From NCBI RefSeq assembly GCF_009914755.1, contig NC_060927.1: DNA of 64,000 nucleotides; one strand, 5' to 3'. The translations under genes and the position numbers were made by a program. The notes under the pieces are model-generated. The model was not told the DNA's origin, did not search any database, and was given only the letters and a program-made list of their open reading frames with translations. Origin of the DNA: the human T2T-CHM13v2.0 reference genome, Homo sapiens. Of this stretch, positions 14,149-29,572 are shown one piece after another; position 1 is the stretch's first letter; every line of letters begins with the position of its first letter.

Positions 14149-16069
14149 TTATGAGATTACAGGCATTAATAACCCAACCTGGCCACCTAACTCACTCTTG
14201 AGGGGCCAGAAGTGATGCTGGAACTTTCTTCCTCTGTGGGTTAAAAAGGGAAAGTTAGGGAGAACACAAGGCATGAGAGATGCAGCGATGGATATGTCTA
14301 TATGGAGCTTCTGTCTGCATCCAGTAGAAAATGCATTTCTAGGCACCAGGTTTAAGAGCAAAAACCTGGGGTCTTGTCTGTTAGCATTCTCCTTCCCCAC
14401 AAACCAGAGAGGGAATACATTTTGCTCCAGCACACCCGGATGTAGGAAATGTCACATTCCTATTTCTGTAACTTCAGTTAAATCTGCTCTGAGTCCCTGG
14501 ATGCCTGGCAGGTGGAGAATTCAATCTTGTCATTACCAGCATTCCTTTCCCTTCTCCATGGGCTTATGTAAGAATTCTGGGCTTACACACTGTTGGAAAG
14601 CCAGGTAGGAACTACATCCCCCAAACTCTCCATTATTCCAGCTGCTCATGATCCATCAACCTTCTTTGGGCCATCTGCTATAACAAGACCCTCCTCACAG
14701 CATCATTCCACTGACCCATAGGCTCAGCCCCAGGGACCCTCACTAGAACAGGTCTCCACTATGCATAGGAACTCACCAAAACCTTCTCTTCATCTTGGCT
14801 TCCTCTGATATCCAGCCACTCCCCTGCTTCTCACCTTGAACACAGATGGCAGCTACTTCCCATCATTCCAAACCTTGGGGATTGTCCAGCCAAATTTTCT
14901 TCAGACACCAAAGCTTCACCCGCCCTCTTCAGGGAGAAGATGCAAGGGCAGCTGAGATCTTTGGAAGCCCAAATCTGGCCTCTCTTTGGGGTGGACTGAG
15001 AGTGGGAACTCGACTCTCTTTTCCAAGTGTCATGTTTATCTTGTTCATCGTTATATTACCTCCAGTGCCTGGCACATAGTAGGCACTACAGACTGGCACA
15101 TCGTAGGTGCTATTAGTGTCTGTATAATGGGACTCTTGAGGTTGAAGCAATTAGCAGAAACCTGCCAAGCAAAAGGATGGAAAACTGACCACCAAAAAAG
15201 AAAGAAAGAAAGAAAGAAAGAAAGCAATTGTGGCTTTGAGCTCTAAACGCATAAGGCAAGGGCCCCAGTTTGGGCAATTTTAATACAACAGCCATTTTGC
15301 CTCCAAACAAACTGGCACTGGAAACCTCCCTCTGCCTCTTAAAGACAACCAGTTTCTCTTTCTCTAAGTGGGCAGCATTTCTCCCCTGTGGCAGTACCCA
15401 GCCCACTGCCACCAGCAAAGGACTGCAGCCAGGAGCCAAGAGCTTGATAGTTTAAAGAATAGATTTTATAGGGAAAAACAAAGTAACATCCACATAAATC
15501 TGGAACTACCACCACTTTCCAGAGGCCGAATCCCATTTGTGGAGTCTCTTGCGTCTCAAGCACCTTGCAGTCAGCTCAACTACATACTTTTGGGATTCAT
15601 TGCAGAGAAGAGTGAAGGTTATCTGCAAATAAAGGAACCAGGGCTCAGAATTCCCAGAGCAATCCATGACAGAGGAGGTGAGTAGAAAAGGGAAGGGTGA
15701 AGTCAAAGGAGAGAAGTCAATGAGTTGGCCAACACCAAGCAAGGATCATGGGACCCTCTCCACGGCCCCACATCTCAAATGAATCAACAAAACCCATCAA
15801 TGTTTGGTGTAAGTGTTGTATGATCCTGGAAATGAAAGCAGGGGCCACATTTCAGGTCAGTAGCGTCAGGGGTAGAGGCAGCGGTCATGGACTTCTGGGC
15901 CCTGGAGGATGGGATGATTCTGAGACACTGAATCCCTACATTGATCTCAGTAGAAATCTCAGGTAGAGCTTCAACTTTCGTGGACCAAGGACTCTGTGGG
16001 CCTGAGAGCAACAGCCTTGGTGCATGTCCCAGCTCCATCAATCCCAACTGGGGCTTTGAACAAGTTAAT

Positions 16070-16755
16070 TATTTTTTTAACTAACGTTATTTTAATTGAC
16101 AAATCATAATTGTACCCATTTATGTGATGTTTTGATATGTGTATACAATGTGGGATGATTAGATCAAACTAATTAACATGTCCATCCCCTAATGTACTGA
16201 CAATTTTTATGATGAGACATTTGAAATGTACCCTCTTAGTTATTTGGAAAGATACATTATTATTGACTATAGTAATGCTGCTGTGCTATAGATTTCAAAG
16301 CATATAATCCAGCAACCCAACTTCTGGGTATAGACTAAAAAAAAATCGAAATCAATATGTCGAAGGGATCTCTACATTCCTATGTTCACTGCAGCACTAG
16401 TCACAATACCCAAGATATAGAATCAACCTAAGTGTCCATCAGTGGATGAAAGGATAAAGAAAATGTACTATATACACACAACGGAATACCATTAACCCTT
16501 AAAAAAGAAAGAAATCCTGTCATTTTCAACAACATAGATGAACTTGAAAGACATTGTGTTAAGTGAAATAAGCCAGGCACAGAAAGACAAATACTGCATG
16601 ATTTTACTTATATGTGGAATCTAAAGAAGTTGAACTCACAGAAATAGAGAGTAGGACAGTGGTTATCAGGGGCTGGGGTGGAGGAAAGTTAGGGGATAGG
16701 AGACACTGGTCAAAGGGTACAAAGTTTCCAATAGGAAGAATAAGTTTTGAACAAG
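16070..16755. mobile_element. L1M 3'-end fragments in both orientations
   Basis: tttaattgacaaatcataattgtac (minus) and aagtgaaataagccaggcacagaaagacaaatactgcatg (plus). Confidence 0.7.
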
Positions 16756-17088
16756 CTAAACTCCTCTGAAAGCTCAGTTGCTCATCTGTAGAGCAGGGAC
16801 ACATCGACCTTCTAAGGATGTTGCTGTGAGAGTAAGAGATGATGTTCAGCACAATACCTAACGCAGTCAGGTCTCCTTAAACTTGAACCTGCGTCGCCAT
16901 GACCTCTACATCTCAGGACAGAAAGGCTCACAGCCAGTGTCTCAGTTCCCAGTGAAAAGTGGATCCCAGACCAGGCTGAACAGCAGGATCCCTAGGGGAT
17001 ACCCAGCCTTAATGAGTCAGAATCACCGGAGGTAGAGCCTGGGTATGTATGTATGTGTGTGTGTGTATGCATGTAAGTATGTATGTAT

Positions 17089-18587
<1,499 letters not shown>

Positions 18588-18632
18588 TAAAGCCAATCAA
18601 GTGTTGAAGAAAATTGCAACTTGGGCTGTTTT

Positions 18633-19676
<1,044 letters not shown>

Positions 19677-20213
19677 CAACTTGGGCTCTTTTAATCTGTG
19701 GAAAATGAACTGTGGGTACTTGGCAAGAACAAAGAGGGAGAGAGGCAGAAATGGTGCTATGAGGGCACATTGGTCTCTAGTACACAGGGCTTCTACTGCA
19801 AATGGCCTCTAAATGACTTCATCAGTTGCTCATAAAAAAAAATCACCCTCTGCTCCAATCATGGAGGAAGAAGTATGGATTGGACCTGGTGAGCCACGGT
19901 AAGACTGACTGCTAAACTTTATGAATGATGAGGGGATTTGCACGTATAATCTTGACTGTACTAGATTTTTTATTTTATCCACTGTCTTTGAAAACCTAAC
20001 TCTTGACTAAGAACTGACTTTCCTTTACTTGTTATTGACTCTAAGTAAATTTCCAATTCCACATAGTCCAAAGATAATGTGCTGAAAAATCTCTCAAAGG
20101 AAAAATGCTAAGAATACAGGCACAGTTATACGGCAAATTTTGCAGAATTAACACAAATTGTACTTGTAGGTATGAAGCACAAAACATTTTCATGGGTAAA
20201 GAAATTCTAGTAG

Positions 20214-20675
<462 letters not shown>

Positions 20676-20810
20676 TAAATAGGAGACAGATAGAAAGTGG
20701 GAACTCTGGAAGTAGAGAAGATTCCAGAAATTGTGCATATTTTCCAGAGACTGTGGCCAAATTCGTCAGTCCTGCCAGAGTTTCTCTATTTCAACTCAAA
20801 CCTTACGTGT

Positions 20811-21107
20811 GGTCCCAGGCACAGTGGCTCACACCTGTAATCCCAACACTTTAGGAGGCTGAGGTGGGCAGATCACTTGAGGCCAGGAGTTTGAGACCAG
20901 CCTGGCCAACATGGTGAAACCCTGTCTCTACTAAAAATACAGAAATTAGCCAGGCATGGTGGTGTGCATCTGTAGTCCCAGCTACCCGGGGGGCTGAGGC
21001 ACAAGCATTGCTTAAACCCAGGAGGCGGAGGTTGCAGTGAGTCACAATTACGCCACTGTACTCTAGCCTGGGCAATAAAGCAAGACTGTCTCAAAAGAAA
21101 AAAAAAA
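20811..21107 (+). mobile_element. AluSz/Sx-like
   Basis: gatcacttgaggccaggagtttgagacc; A tail. Confidence 0.92.
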
Positions 21108-21520
21108 CCCTTATGTGTGGGCTGCTTTAGGTAAGAGCCCTTATGTTAAGAGCATGAGTCATCCACAAGATTTTAGCAAAGTCCATTTAGAAATCTCAAT
21201 GCTTTGGGCTTCCAATTGCTTTGCTGTCTCTGTCCTCAGAAGGAGGCCTCATCCTTGCATGTAACCAGCAAATCCTTTATGCAGAGGTGTACACAACACA
21301 GTCCTCTCCTTGGCTATGACACCTTGAAAGGCTCCTCTTGGTGGCCCCTGGTGCTCATTTCAGAGTAGTTCAAATTAAGGTGATCAGCTTTTATTCCAAT
21401 CACTCTACAAATCACTCCTATTATGACCAATTTTTCTAAATGCTTTATTGAATTATTACTTAAAGAAATGTGCACATAGAAGAGGTCAACACAGTACTTT
21501 TCTTACAAACCAAACATACT

Positions 21521-21860
<340 letters not shown>

Positions 21861-21992
21861 TTACCGACACCCAATTCAAGAAACAAAATATTGCAGCCCC
21901 TTCCAGGATATTCCTGGGGTCTCTTCCATCTCTACTAACCCCTGAATACAAACAGCCTCCACCTATTTCACCTGACATTGTACTTTATGAAA

Positions 21993-22214
21993 GCAGCAGT
22001 TCTCAGATGGGGCTATTTTGCCCTCTGGGGACATTAGGCAATATCTGGAGACACTGGGGTTTGTCTCTACTTGGGGGGAGTTGTGTTACTGCATCCAGTG
22101 AGTCCAGGGATCCAGGGATGCCACTCAACCTCCTAAAATGCACAGGGAACCCCCACACATAGAACAGAGAAATTGCTGAGCCAAAATGTCAGCAGTGTCA
22201 CAGCTGACACCCTG
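21993..22214 (+). mobile_element. MER20 hAT-Charlie element
   Basis: cagttctcag...ggggacattaggcaatatctggagac...ccaaaatgtcagcagtg. Confidence 0.7.
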
Positions 22215-23372
22215 ACATACACACAATCACACAGTATCTGCTCTTTCGCGCTCAGGATCTCTTTCATTCTAATCATCTCATAGGAAACAGAAATGTCATC
22301 TGGAGGTAGGTAGAGTCCAAAACAAAGAAGATCCAGAGTTTTTTTTTTTAATCAGCCTGGTGCCTTTAGAGCTAGGATTTAGTTTCCAATCTTTCTGTCT
22401 CATTTTCAAGTGATTTTTCTTCAAATGGCATCTGCTGGGCTCAAGACCCGGAGATCCCCACAAAGCTGAGATTCACATGGGAATTTTTTACACACCCACA
22501 CAGGTATACACTGCCATTTACATGCAGACATCCACCCACAGATACACACATCCGGAGACCAAGACAGAAAGCAAACTCCACCATAAAAGCACGGTTCCCC
22601 AAACACGAGAAATGCACCATTCACTCCAGGGAGGTACCTATTTGTTTAATTCAGCCTCTGATAGTCAGGCTGTTGCCAAGCCCAGCTCTGAAAGTCTTCC
22701 CCTCTAGGAAAGAGAGATGGATTTTTTCTTTACTCAAGAATATAGATCTAAAAAAAACAAACACTTCTGCATCTCAAAGCAGGCTCTACCTCCTGAGCTA
22801 CACATATCGATCAGCATTTTATTGCCAATTTTCTTTTATTTGAACTGGTGAAAAATATAACCTAATTATGTTCTTACTGACACTTTGGAATCAGTTACAC
22901 TAAATCCAATTCTCTGGGTTCTCATGATTAATGTGTTGAATTTGGGGGACAACAAAGCAAAAACATTGGTCATGTTTTAATATAATTAGTACAGGATATA
23001 TCTAAGGGGTTCAAGTATCACTGTAGCAAGAAGCTCATTCTGCAGTAAAAGGGGGATTCTGCCACTAGGATTGAGTGAGGGTGGTTCATGGCTGCACCGT
23101 TTCATCAATGTCTCTTCAAGAGTCCATGGAATGTGGAATGGGAAAGACTGAAATAGTCCAAGTCTTGGCTAAGCTTCTATTAAGGGGTGTTAGGAGCTGA
23201 TAAAATAACCTGGTCTTTATAGACATCCCACACTATAGTTCTCTAAGCTACAGATTCTCAGATTTTTCTATTTTATAAACCAGTAAAAACATTTTTTTAA
23301 TTTGAGAACCAACATAAGGTTGCAATTTTTTTTTCTTTTTGGTAATAAGGAACTTTTTTAAACTACCAGTTT

Positions 23373-23414
23373 CACACACACACACACATACACACACACA
23401 CACACATACACACA
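23373..23414. repeat. (CA)n microsatellite, interrupted
   Basis: Direct reading. Confidence 0.95.
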
Positions 23415-23439
23415 GAAATTCCAACATGATTGGTCAGAA

Positions 23440-23760
23440 TAGGTGAGGTTTTGCTGCAATAACAAACAACTCCTAAATCTTGGTAACTTCAAACATCAGA
23501 AGTTGTTTTTCTCACTCATGCTACATCTGCAGGGAGGTAAGGGGTGCTCTGTTTTCCATCAAACTTGCCCTAAGACTAAGGCTAATGGGGGTTGCATTAC
23601 CTCAAGTATCACCAAGCAGGGAACAGAGGGAGAAGAATGCTAGAGAGTCTTGTACTAAGAATTAAATGCCCCAGGCTAGAAGTCTCACACTGCACCTCTG
23701 CCCCCAGCCTCTTGGCCAGAACTAGCCACATCCCCTCCCCCACCACAGGGCAATGCATGC
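23440..23760. mobile_element. Old MLT1-type MaLR LTR fragment
   Basis: gctgcaataacaaacaactcctaaatc...tttttctcactcatgctacat and ttggccagaactagccacat motifs. Confidence 0.6.
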
Positions 23761-25085
23761 AGACAGGAGAATTGGATACATTACAAATTTCTACCCCATG
23801 GCATTTCATAAAAGAGAAAAAAATGCAAATACAAAAATGTTTTAATAGAATAGAATATATACATTTTTAGAATACAGAACAATCCTCCAAAAAGGACAGC
23901 TGGTGGTCTTTCACCAATGGGCACATTTCTGTGACATTTTCTCTGTTTTTCCATTTTATCCTTGACCTATGAACATTTTATACAGATGGTCCAAAGAACA
24001 CCATTTGGGGACCACTGCTCTAATCAGGTGATGAAAACGGCCCCAAGAACAGAGCACAGTCTTTTTAGCAAAGACCCAGCAGGGCCAGGGTGACCATGTT
24101 CTCACCATCAATGTGCAGACATCCACCTGCAGCATCCTCACATCCCAACATCAAACAGTGGCTCTTTATAGCTTGATTCTAATGCCCTTTGATCTTCATA
24201 ATCACTGTAAAGCTCTCTGGCCCCAAGATCTAACATCACCACTCTAGCTACATCCTGCAACTGTTCACCTCTCCTGCCTCCTCATCCCTCTAAACTTCTC
24301 TTCACAACCTCATGTTTCCTTCTTGCTTTACCTTCCTGCTCAGCCTGGACCTTACAGTCACCTTCTTCTTGTAATGTGCTCCTAAACTCGTTCTTCCCTG
24401 CTTTCAACCACACCCACCTGGAAAATCTCCATACCCCATTGATGACTTGCCTCGCAACTGCCTAAGGGCTGCTGAATGATACTGGAGAGAATCACAACAT
24501 GGATCTGGTAGTTCCACTAAATAATCTCACCATCCAACTCTAGGATAGACTTCACTTCTGTTCAGCAATATTTTTAAGCATCACAAATAAGTTCCAAACC
24601 ATATTTGCTATAACAATTGACTTTAAACCTCTTCCATATCTCAACGCCCCCCAAACCCATCCCTAGGGGTTTCAGAGCCCAGAGTTGAGTTCTCTCAACT
24701 CACTTCCATCTCACCCCTAGATCACTGTATCTTGACCCTCTTCCTCTGCCTTTCCCATCTTATAAGGAGAAGCATCCTTCTCCTTTCCCAAGCTACCTTC
24801 TCCACTTGTGCCTCATTTGAGACCTCCCTTTATCACCCGTTCCCTTGGAACTCCCATGACTCACCACCTTCACTTGTCATTTCACTCATAAATATTTTGC
24901 ACCATGTATGTGCCAGGCGTTTAACATATAAACATGCTTAAGTCTCCACATACTAACAAGAAAAACCTTGATTATCCCTGCTATGCCCTCAAGTCATTAC
25001 CCTCCCCGCTCCTTTCCTGTGTTCCCAAAATTTGTAGATCTTCATCAATCCCTCTGATGCAGATGGCTCCGAAGTTTGCACCCTA

Positions 25086-25165
25086 TTAGGTTGGTGCAAA
25101 AGTAATTGTGGATTTTGCCATTAAAAGTAATGGCAATAATAGCAATTATTTTTGTACCAGCCTAG
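25086..25165. mobile_element. MADE1 (Hsmar1 mariner MITE, 80 bp)
   Basis: ttaggttggtgcaaaagtaattg ... caattatttttgtaccagcctag, flanked by TA on both sides. Confidence 0.9.
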
Positions 25166-25741
25166 TATCGTTTCTCCTTCTACCAAACTTTGTCCCTGAG
25201 CCATCTCATCACCTATAACTACCTCCTCCATGCAGTTGATTCCCAGATCTGTATCATTCTACTGAAAGTCCATTCCCAAACTTTCTCAGCTAGAATAACA
25301 GAAGCCCTATTAGAATTCATGATACCATTTTCCCACCACCACCACCACAACCGTCGCCCTGCCATTGTTAGCAAAACCATCTCTTGAGTGGAGCTCAAAG
25401 ATTTGTAATCTCCCACTCCCCAGAAAGATAACTTCAGACTCAGCCTAGAAGTAAAGATCCTCCAGATATGACCTCAACTACCCTCCAACCCATGTCCCCA
25501 GTGCATCCCTTTGATGCCCCCTTCAGTGGAGTCAAAATGGAGTGAGTGTTTTTCTTTTCACATACTCCTGGTGTTCTTCCACGAATACAATTTTCACCTC
25601 TTGAATATTTTCAAGGATTCTCCATGCTACACACAGTGAAATCCAAACTCCCCATCAGGACCCCAGTCTTCCCAAAACCTCTTTGCACTTTTCTGCCTCC
25701 ATGCTTTTCCTTGGGTCATCCTCTTCTCTAATATAACCTTG

Positions 25742-26200
25742 TGTATTACTCTAGGTTCTCCAGAGAAAGAGCAGAGAGACAGAGGTAGAGCTATACACAT
25801 AGAGAGAGACAGATTGGTTTGTTGTAAGGGATGGCTCACATGGTTATGGAGGCTAAGGAGTCCTGGAGTCTGCAGCTAGCAAGCTGGAGACCCAGGACAG
25901 CCAATGATATAGTTCCAACTCGAGTCCACATCTAAAGTCAGGAGAAGATTCATGTCCCAGCTCAAATATAATCAGGTAAAAAGAGCAAATTCTCTGTGAC
26001 TCCACCTTTTTGTTTTGTTCAGGCCTTCAGTGGATTGGATGAGGCTCACCCATATTGGGGAGGACAATTTGCTTTATTCAGTCTACCAATTAAATGTTAT
26101 CCTCATCCAGAATACCTCAGAGACACACCCAGAATAATGTGTAGCCAAATATCTGGGCACCCCACAACCCAGTCAAATTGATACATAACATTAACCATTA
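25742..26200 (-). mobile_element. MLT2 (ERVL) solo LTR
   Basis: tgtattactctaggttctccagagaa ... cagtcaaattgatacataacattaacca; gctcacatggttatggaggct motif. Confidence 0.8.
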
Positions 26201-26631
26201 TGTCTTGCTTCTACTCTCTCCCCGTTACTGCATGTCCAAATCCTTCCCTTATTTCAAGGCTTAGTTCAAATGTCACCTCTTAACTAAGCCTTCCCTGCTA
26301 ACCCCAAATATTAATAGAATTGGTTTCTCCCTTCTCTGATATCTCAAAATACTTTGTGTGTTTCTCTTTTACTGTATTTGTTACAAACTCCCTTATAAAT
26401 CGAGACAGTGATTCCCAGACAAATTATCAAGAGTATAAAAGAAGTCTTCTTTGAGTGTGAAATATCTCATGGAATTTAGCACATGGCCTCTTCATGAAGA
26501 AACTACTGGGAGAGAAGAAGACAAGCTGGAAGAGGCCAGGGAAAGGGGGTTAGTACAAAACTTTTCTCCATCTCTCATCCCACCCAACTAGAAATACCCA
26601 CAGGTGTGGAAGGGCAGGCCACCCCTTCATC

Positions 26632-26649
26632 TGGCGCCCAACGTGGGGC
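26632..26649 (+). promoter_or_regulatory. Primer-binding site for tRNA-Lys(CUU)
   Basis: tggcgcccaacgtggggc, an 18-nt complement of the tRNA-Lys1,2 3' end, 2 nt after the LTR end. Confidence 0.95.
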
Positions 26650-26734
26650 CTTTCTCTAGGGTAAAGGTACGCTAAGAACATGAGCATTGAGGACAGCTGA
26701 CGAGAGATTCCCGAGTACGTCCACAGTCAGCCTT

Positions 26735-26743
26735 GCGGTAAGC
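26735..26743 (+). promoter_or_regulatory. HML-2 major splice donor (GCG|GTAAGC); the env acceptor is at 32036 (tttcaccag|)
   Basis: Canonical positions in the HML-2 leader and at the pol/env boundary. Confidence 0.75.
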
Positions 26744-26772
26744 TTGTGCACTCGGAAGAATCCAGGGTAACA

Positions 26773-28772
26773 ATGGGGCAAACTGAAAGTAAATATGCCT
26801 CTTATCTCAGCTTCATTAAAATCCTCTTAAGAAGAGGGGGAGTTAAAGCTTCTACAGAAAATTTAGTTATGCTATTTCAAACAATAGAACAATTCTGCCC
26901 ATGGTTTCCAGAACACGGAACTTTAGATTTAAAAGATTGGGAAAAAATTGGCAAAGAACTAAAACAAGCAACTCAGAAAGGTAAAATCATCCCACTTACA
27001 GTATGGAATGATTGGGCCATTATTAAAGCAACTTTAGAACCATTTCAAATAGAAGAAGATAGCATTTCAGTCTTTGATGCCCCTGAAAGCTGTGTAATAG
27101 ATTGTGAAGAAGAAGCAGGAACAGAGTTTAAGAAAGGAATGGAAAGTTCACATTGTAAAAATGCAGTACAGCCTGTAATAGCTCAGTCAATGAAAAATGT
27201 TGACTATAATCAATTACAGGAGGCAATATATCCTGAAACATCAAAATTGGGGAAAGGAGGTCCAGAATTATTTGGGCCATCAGAGTTTAGACCACGATGG
27301 CCACCATCTCATTCTCCCGCTGTTCAGATACCTGTGACATCACAATCTCAAATGCTAATCCTGGCACAGTGTTCACAATAGCAGCCAGTAGAAAATAAAA
27401 CCCAACCATCGGTAGTTTATCAACACCAGCCGCCAGCCGAATTTCAGTATCGGCCGTCTCCAGAGGTTCAGTATGGCTCTCAGGCTGTGCGTCCTGTGCT
27501 AAATAGCAAGACACTATATCAACAACCCACGGTGATGGCGTTTGATCCTACAGCACCACCTAGTGGAAAAGATAGTGCACTGCATGAGACCATTGCTACA
27601 GCCAGAAAACAGGGAGATCTTGAGGCATGGCAGTATCCGGTAATATTACAACCCATACCGGCCGGAAAAGGGAGTCAAACAGGAGCGTCTGTCTGAACTG
27701 AGCCTAGATATGAATCTTTCACCATGAAAATGTTAAAAAATATAAAGGAAGGGGTTAAACAATATGGACCCAACTCTCCTTATATGAGAACATTATTAGA
27801 TTCCATTGCTCATGGAAATAGACTTATTCCTTAAGATTGGGAAATTTTGGTTAAATCTTCCCTCTCACCCTCTCAGTATCTACAGTTTAAAACCTGGTGG
27901 ATTGATGGGGTACAAGAACAGGTATGGAAAAATCAGGTATTAATCCTGTTGGTTATATAGATGCAGACCAATTGCTAGGAACAGGTCCAAATAGGGGCAC
28001 TATTAACCAACAATCAGTAATGCAGAATGAGGCTATTGAACAACTAAGGGCTATTTACCTCAGGGCCTGGGAGAAGATTCAGGACCCAGGAACCTCCTGA
28101 CCTTCTTTTAGTTCAATCAGACAAGGCTCTAAAGAGCCATATCCAGACTTCGTGGCAAGGTTGCAAGATGCAGCTCAAAAATGCATTGCAGATAATAACG
28201 CCCGAAAAGTTATTGTAGAAATAATGGCTTATCAAAATGCAAATCCAGGATGTCAATCGGCTATAAAGCCATTAAAAGAAAAGGTTTCAGCAGGAGTTGA
28301 TGTAATTACAGAATATGTGAAGGCTTGTGATGGGATTGGAAGAGCTATGCATAAAGCAATGCTAATGGCTCAAGCAATTACAGGGGTTGTTTTAGGAGGA
28401 CAAGTTAAAACATTTGGGGGAAAATGTTATAATTGTGGTCAAATCGGTCATCTAAAAAAGAATTTTCCAGGCTTAAATAAACAGAGCAAAAAAAAGGAGG
28501 CACCTGGTCTGTGTCCAAGATGTGGAAAAGGAAAACGTTGGGCTAAGGAATGTTGTTCTAAATTTGATAAAAATGGACAACCATTGTCGGGAAACGGGAA
28601 GAGGGGCCAGCCCCAGGCCCCACAACAAAGTGGGGCATTCCCGATTCAGCCATTTGTTCCTCAGGGTTTTCAGGGACAACAACCCCCACAGTAAATACCA
28701 CCATTTCAGGAAATCAGCCAATTACAACAATACAACAGTTATCTCCCGCCACAGCAGGCAGCGCTGCAGTAG
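26773..28772 (+). pseudogene. gag: HML-2 gag, disrupted by several stops; zinc knuckles mutated
   Basis: MGQTESKYASYLSFIK; capsid YQNANPGCQSAI; CYNCGQIGHLKKNF (Cys to Phe) and CPRCGKGKRW (His to Arg); stops at 27379, 27694, 28692 and others. Confidence 0.95.
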
Positions 28773-29572
28773 CTTTATGTTCTACTCAGATTATTTCTTT
28801 ACTCCCTGGAGAGCCTCCGCAAAAGATTCCTACAGGGGTATATGGCCCGCTGCCAGAAGGGATGGTAGGCCTTATTTTAGGAAGATCAAGTCTAAATTTA
28901 AAGGGAGTCCAAATTCATACTGGGGTAATTGATTCAGATTATAAAGGGGAAATTCAGTTAGTGATCAGCTCTACTTTTCCCTGGAGTGCCAATCCAGGTG
29001 ATAGAATTGCTCAATTGCTGGTCTTGCCTTATATTAAAATTGGAGATAGCAAAACAGAAAGAACAGAAGGGTTTGGGCTAGTTTATTGGGCTACTCAGCT
29101 CTCAGAGAATAGACCTGTGTGTACAGTTACTATTCAGGGAAAGCAGTTTGAAGGATTAGTGGATACTGGGGCTGATGTTTCTATCATTGCCGTAAATCAA
29201 TGGCCAAAAAATTGGCCTAAACAAAAGCCCGATGCAGGACTTGTTGGTGTGGGCACTGCCTCAGAAGTGTATCAAAGTGCCAAAATTTTACATTGTCTGG
29301 GACCTGATAATCAAGAGAGTACAGTTCAGCCTATGATTACTTCTATTCCAATTAATTTATGGGGCCGAGACATATTAGAACAGTGGCATGCAGAGATTAC
29401 TATTCCAGTCTCCCTATACAGCGCCACTAGTCAAAAAATTATGACTAAAATGGGATATCTCCCTGGCAAAGGACTAGGGAAAAATGGAGAAGGCATTAAA
29501 GTTCCAATTGAGGCTAAAGAAAATCCAGAAAAAAAGGGATTAGAGTATCCTTTTCAGGAGTGGCCACTGTAG
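28571..29572 (+). CDS. pro: HML-2 pro frame (dUTPase-protease-G-patch), stop-free for 333 codons; normally reached by -1 frameshift at GGGAAAC (28589-28595)
   Basis: Hand translation KWTTIVGKR...PEGM joins track ORF 28862-29572 in frame; [16 protein letters not shown] and [11 protein letters not shown] present; dUTPase motif I D-to-A and motif V deletion. Confidence 0.85.
   Translation, partial: KWTTIVGKREEGPAPGPTTKWGIPDSAICSSGFSGTTTPTVNTTISGNQPITTIQQLSPATAGSAAVALCSTQIISLLPGEPPQKIPTGVYGPLPEGMVGLILGRSSLNLKGVQIHTGVIDSDYKGEIQLVISSTFPWSANPGDRIAQLLVLPYIKIGDSKTERTEGFGLVYWATQLSENRPVCTVTIQGKQFEGLVDTGADVSIIAVNQWPKNWPKQKPDAGLVGVGTASEVYQSAKILHCLGPDNQESTVQPMITSIPINLWGRDILEQWHAEITIPVSLYSATSQKIMTKMGYLPGKGLGKNGEGIKVPIEAKENPEKKGLEYPFQEWPL

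Noticed and set aside
26632-26649. tRNA-Lys gene
   Set aside because: Only the 18-nt retroviral PBS; no cloverleaf
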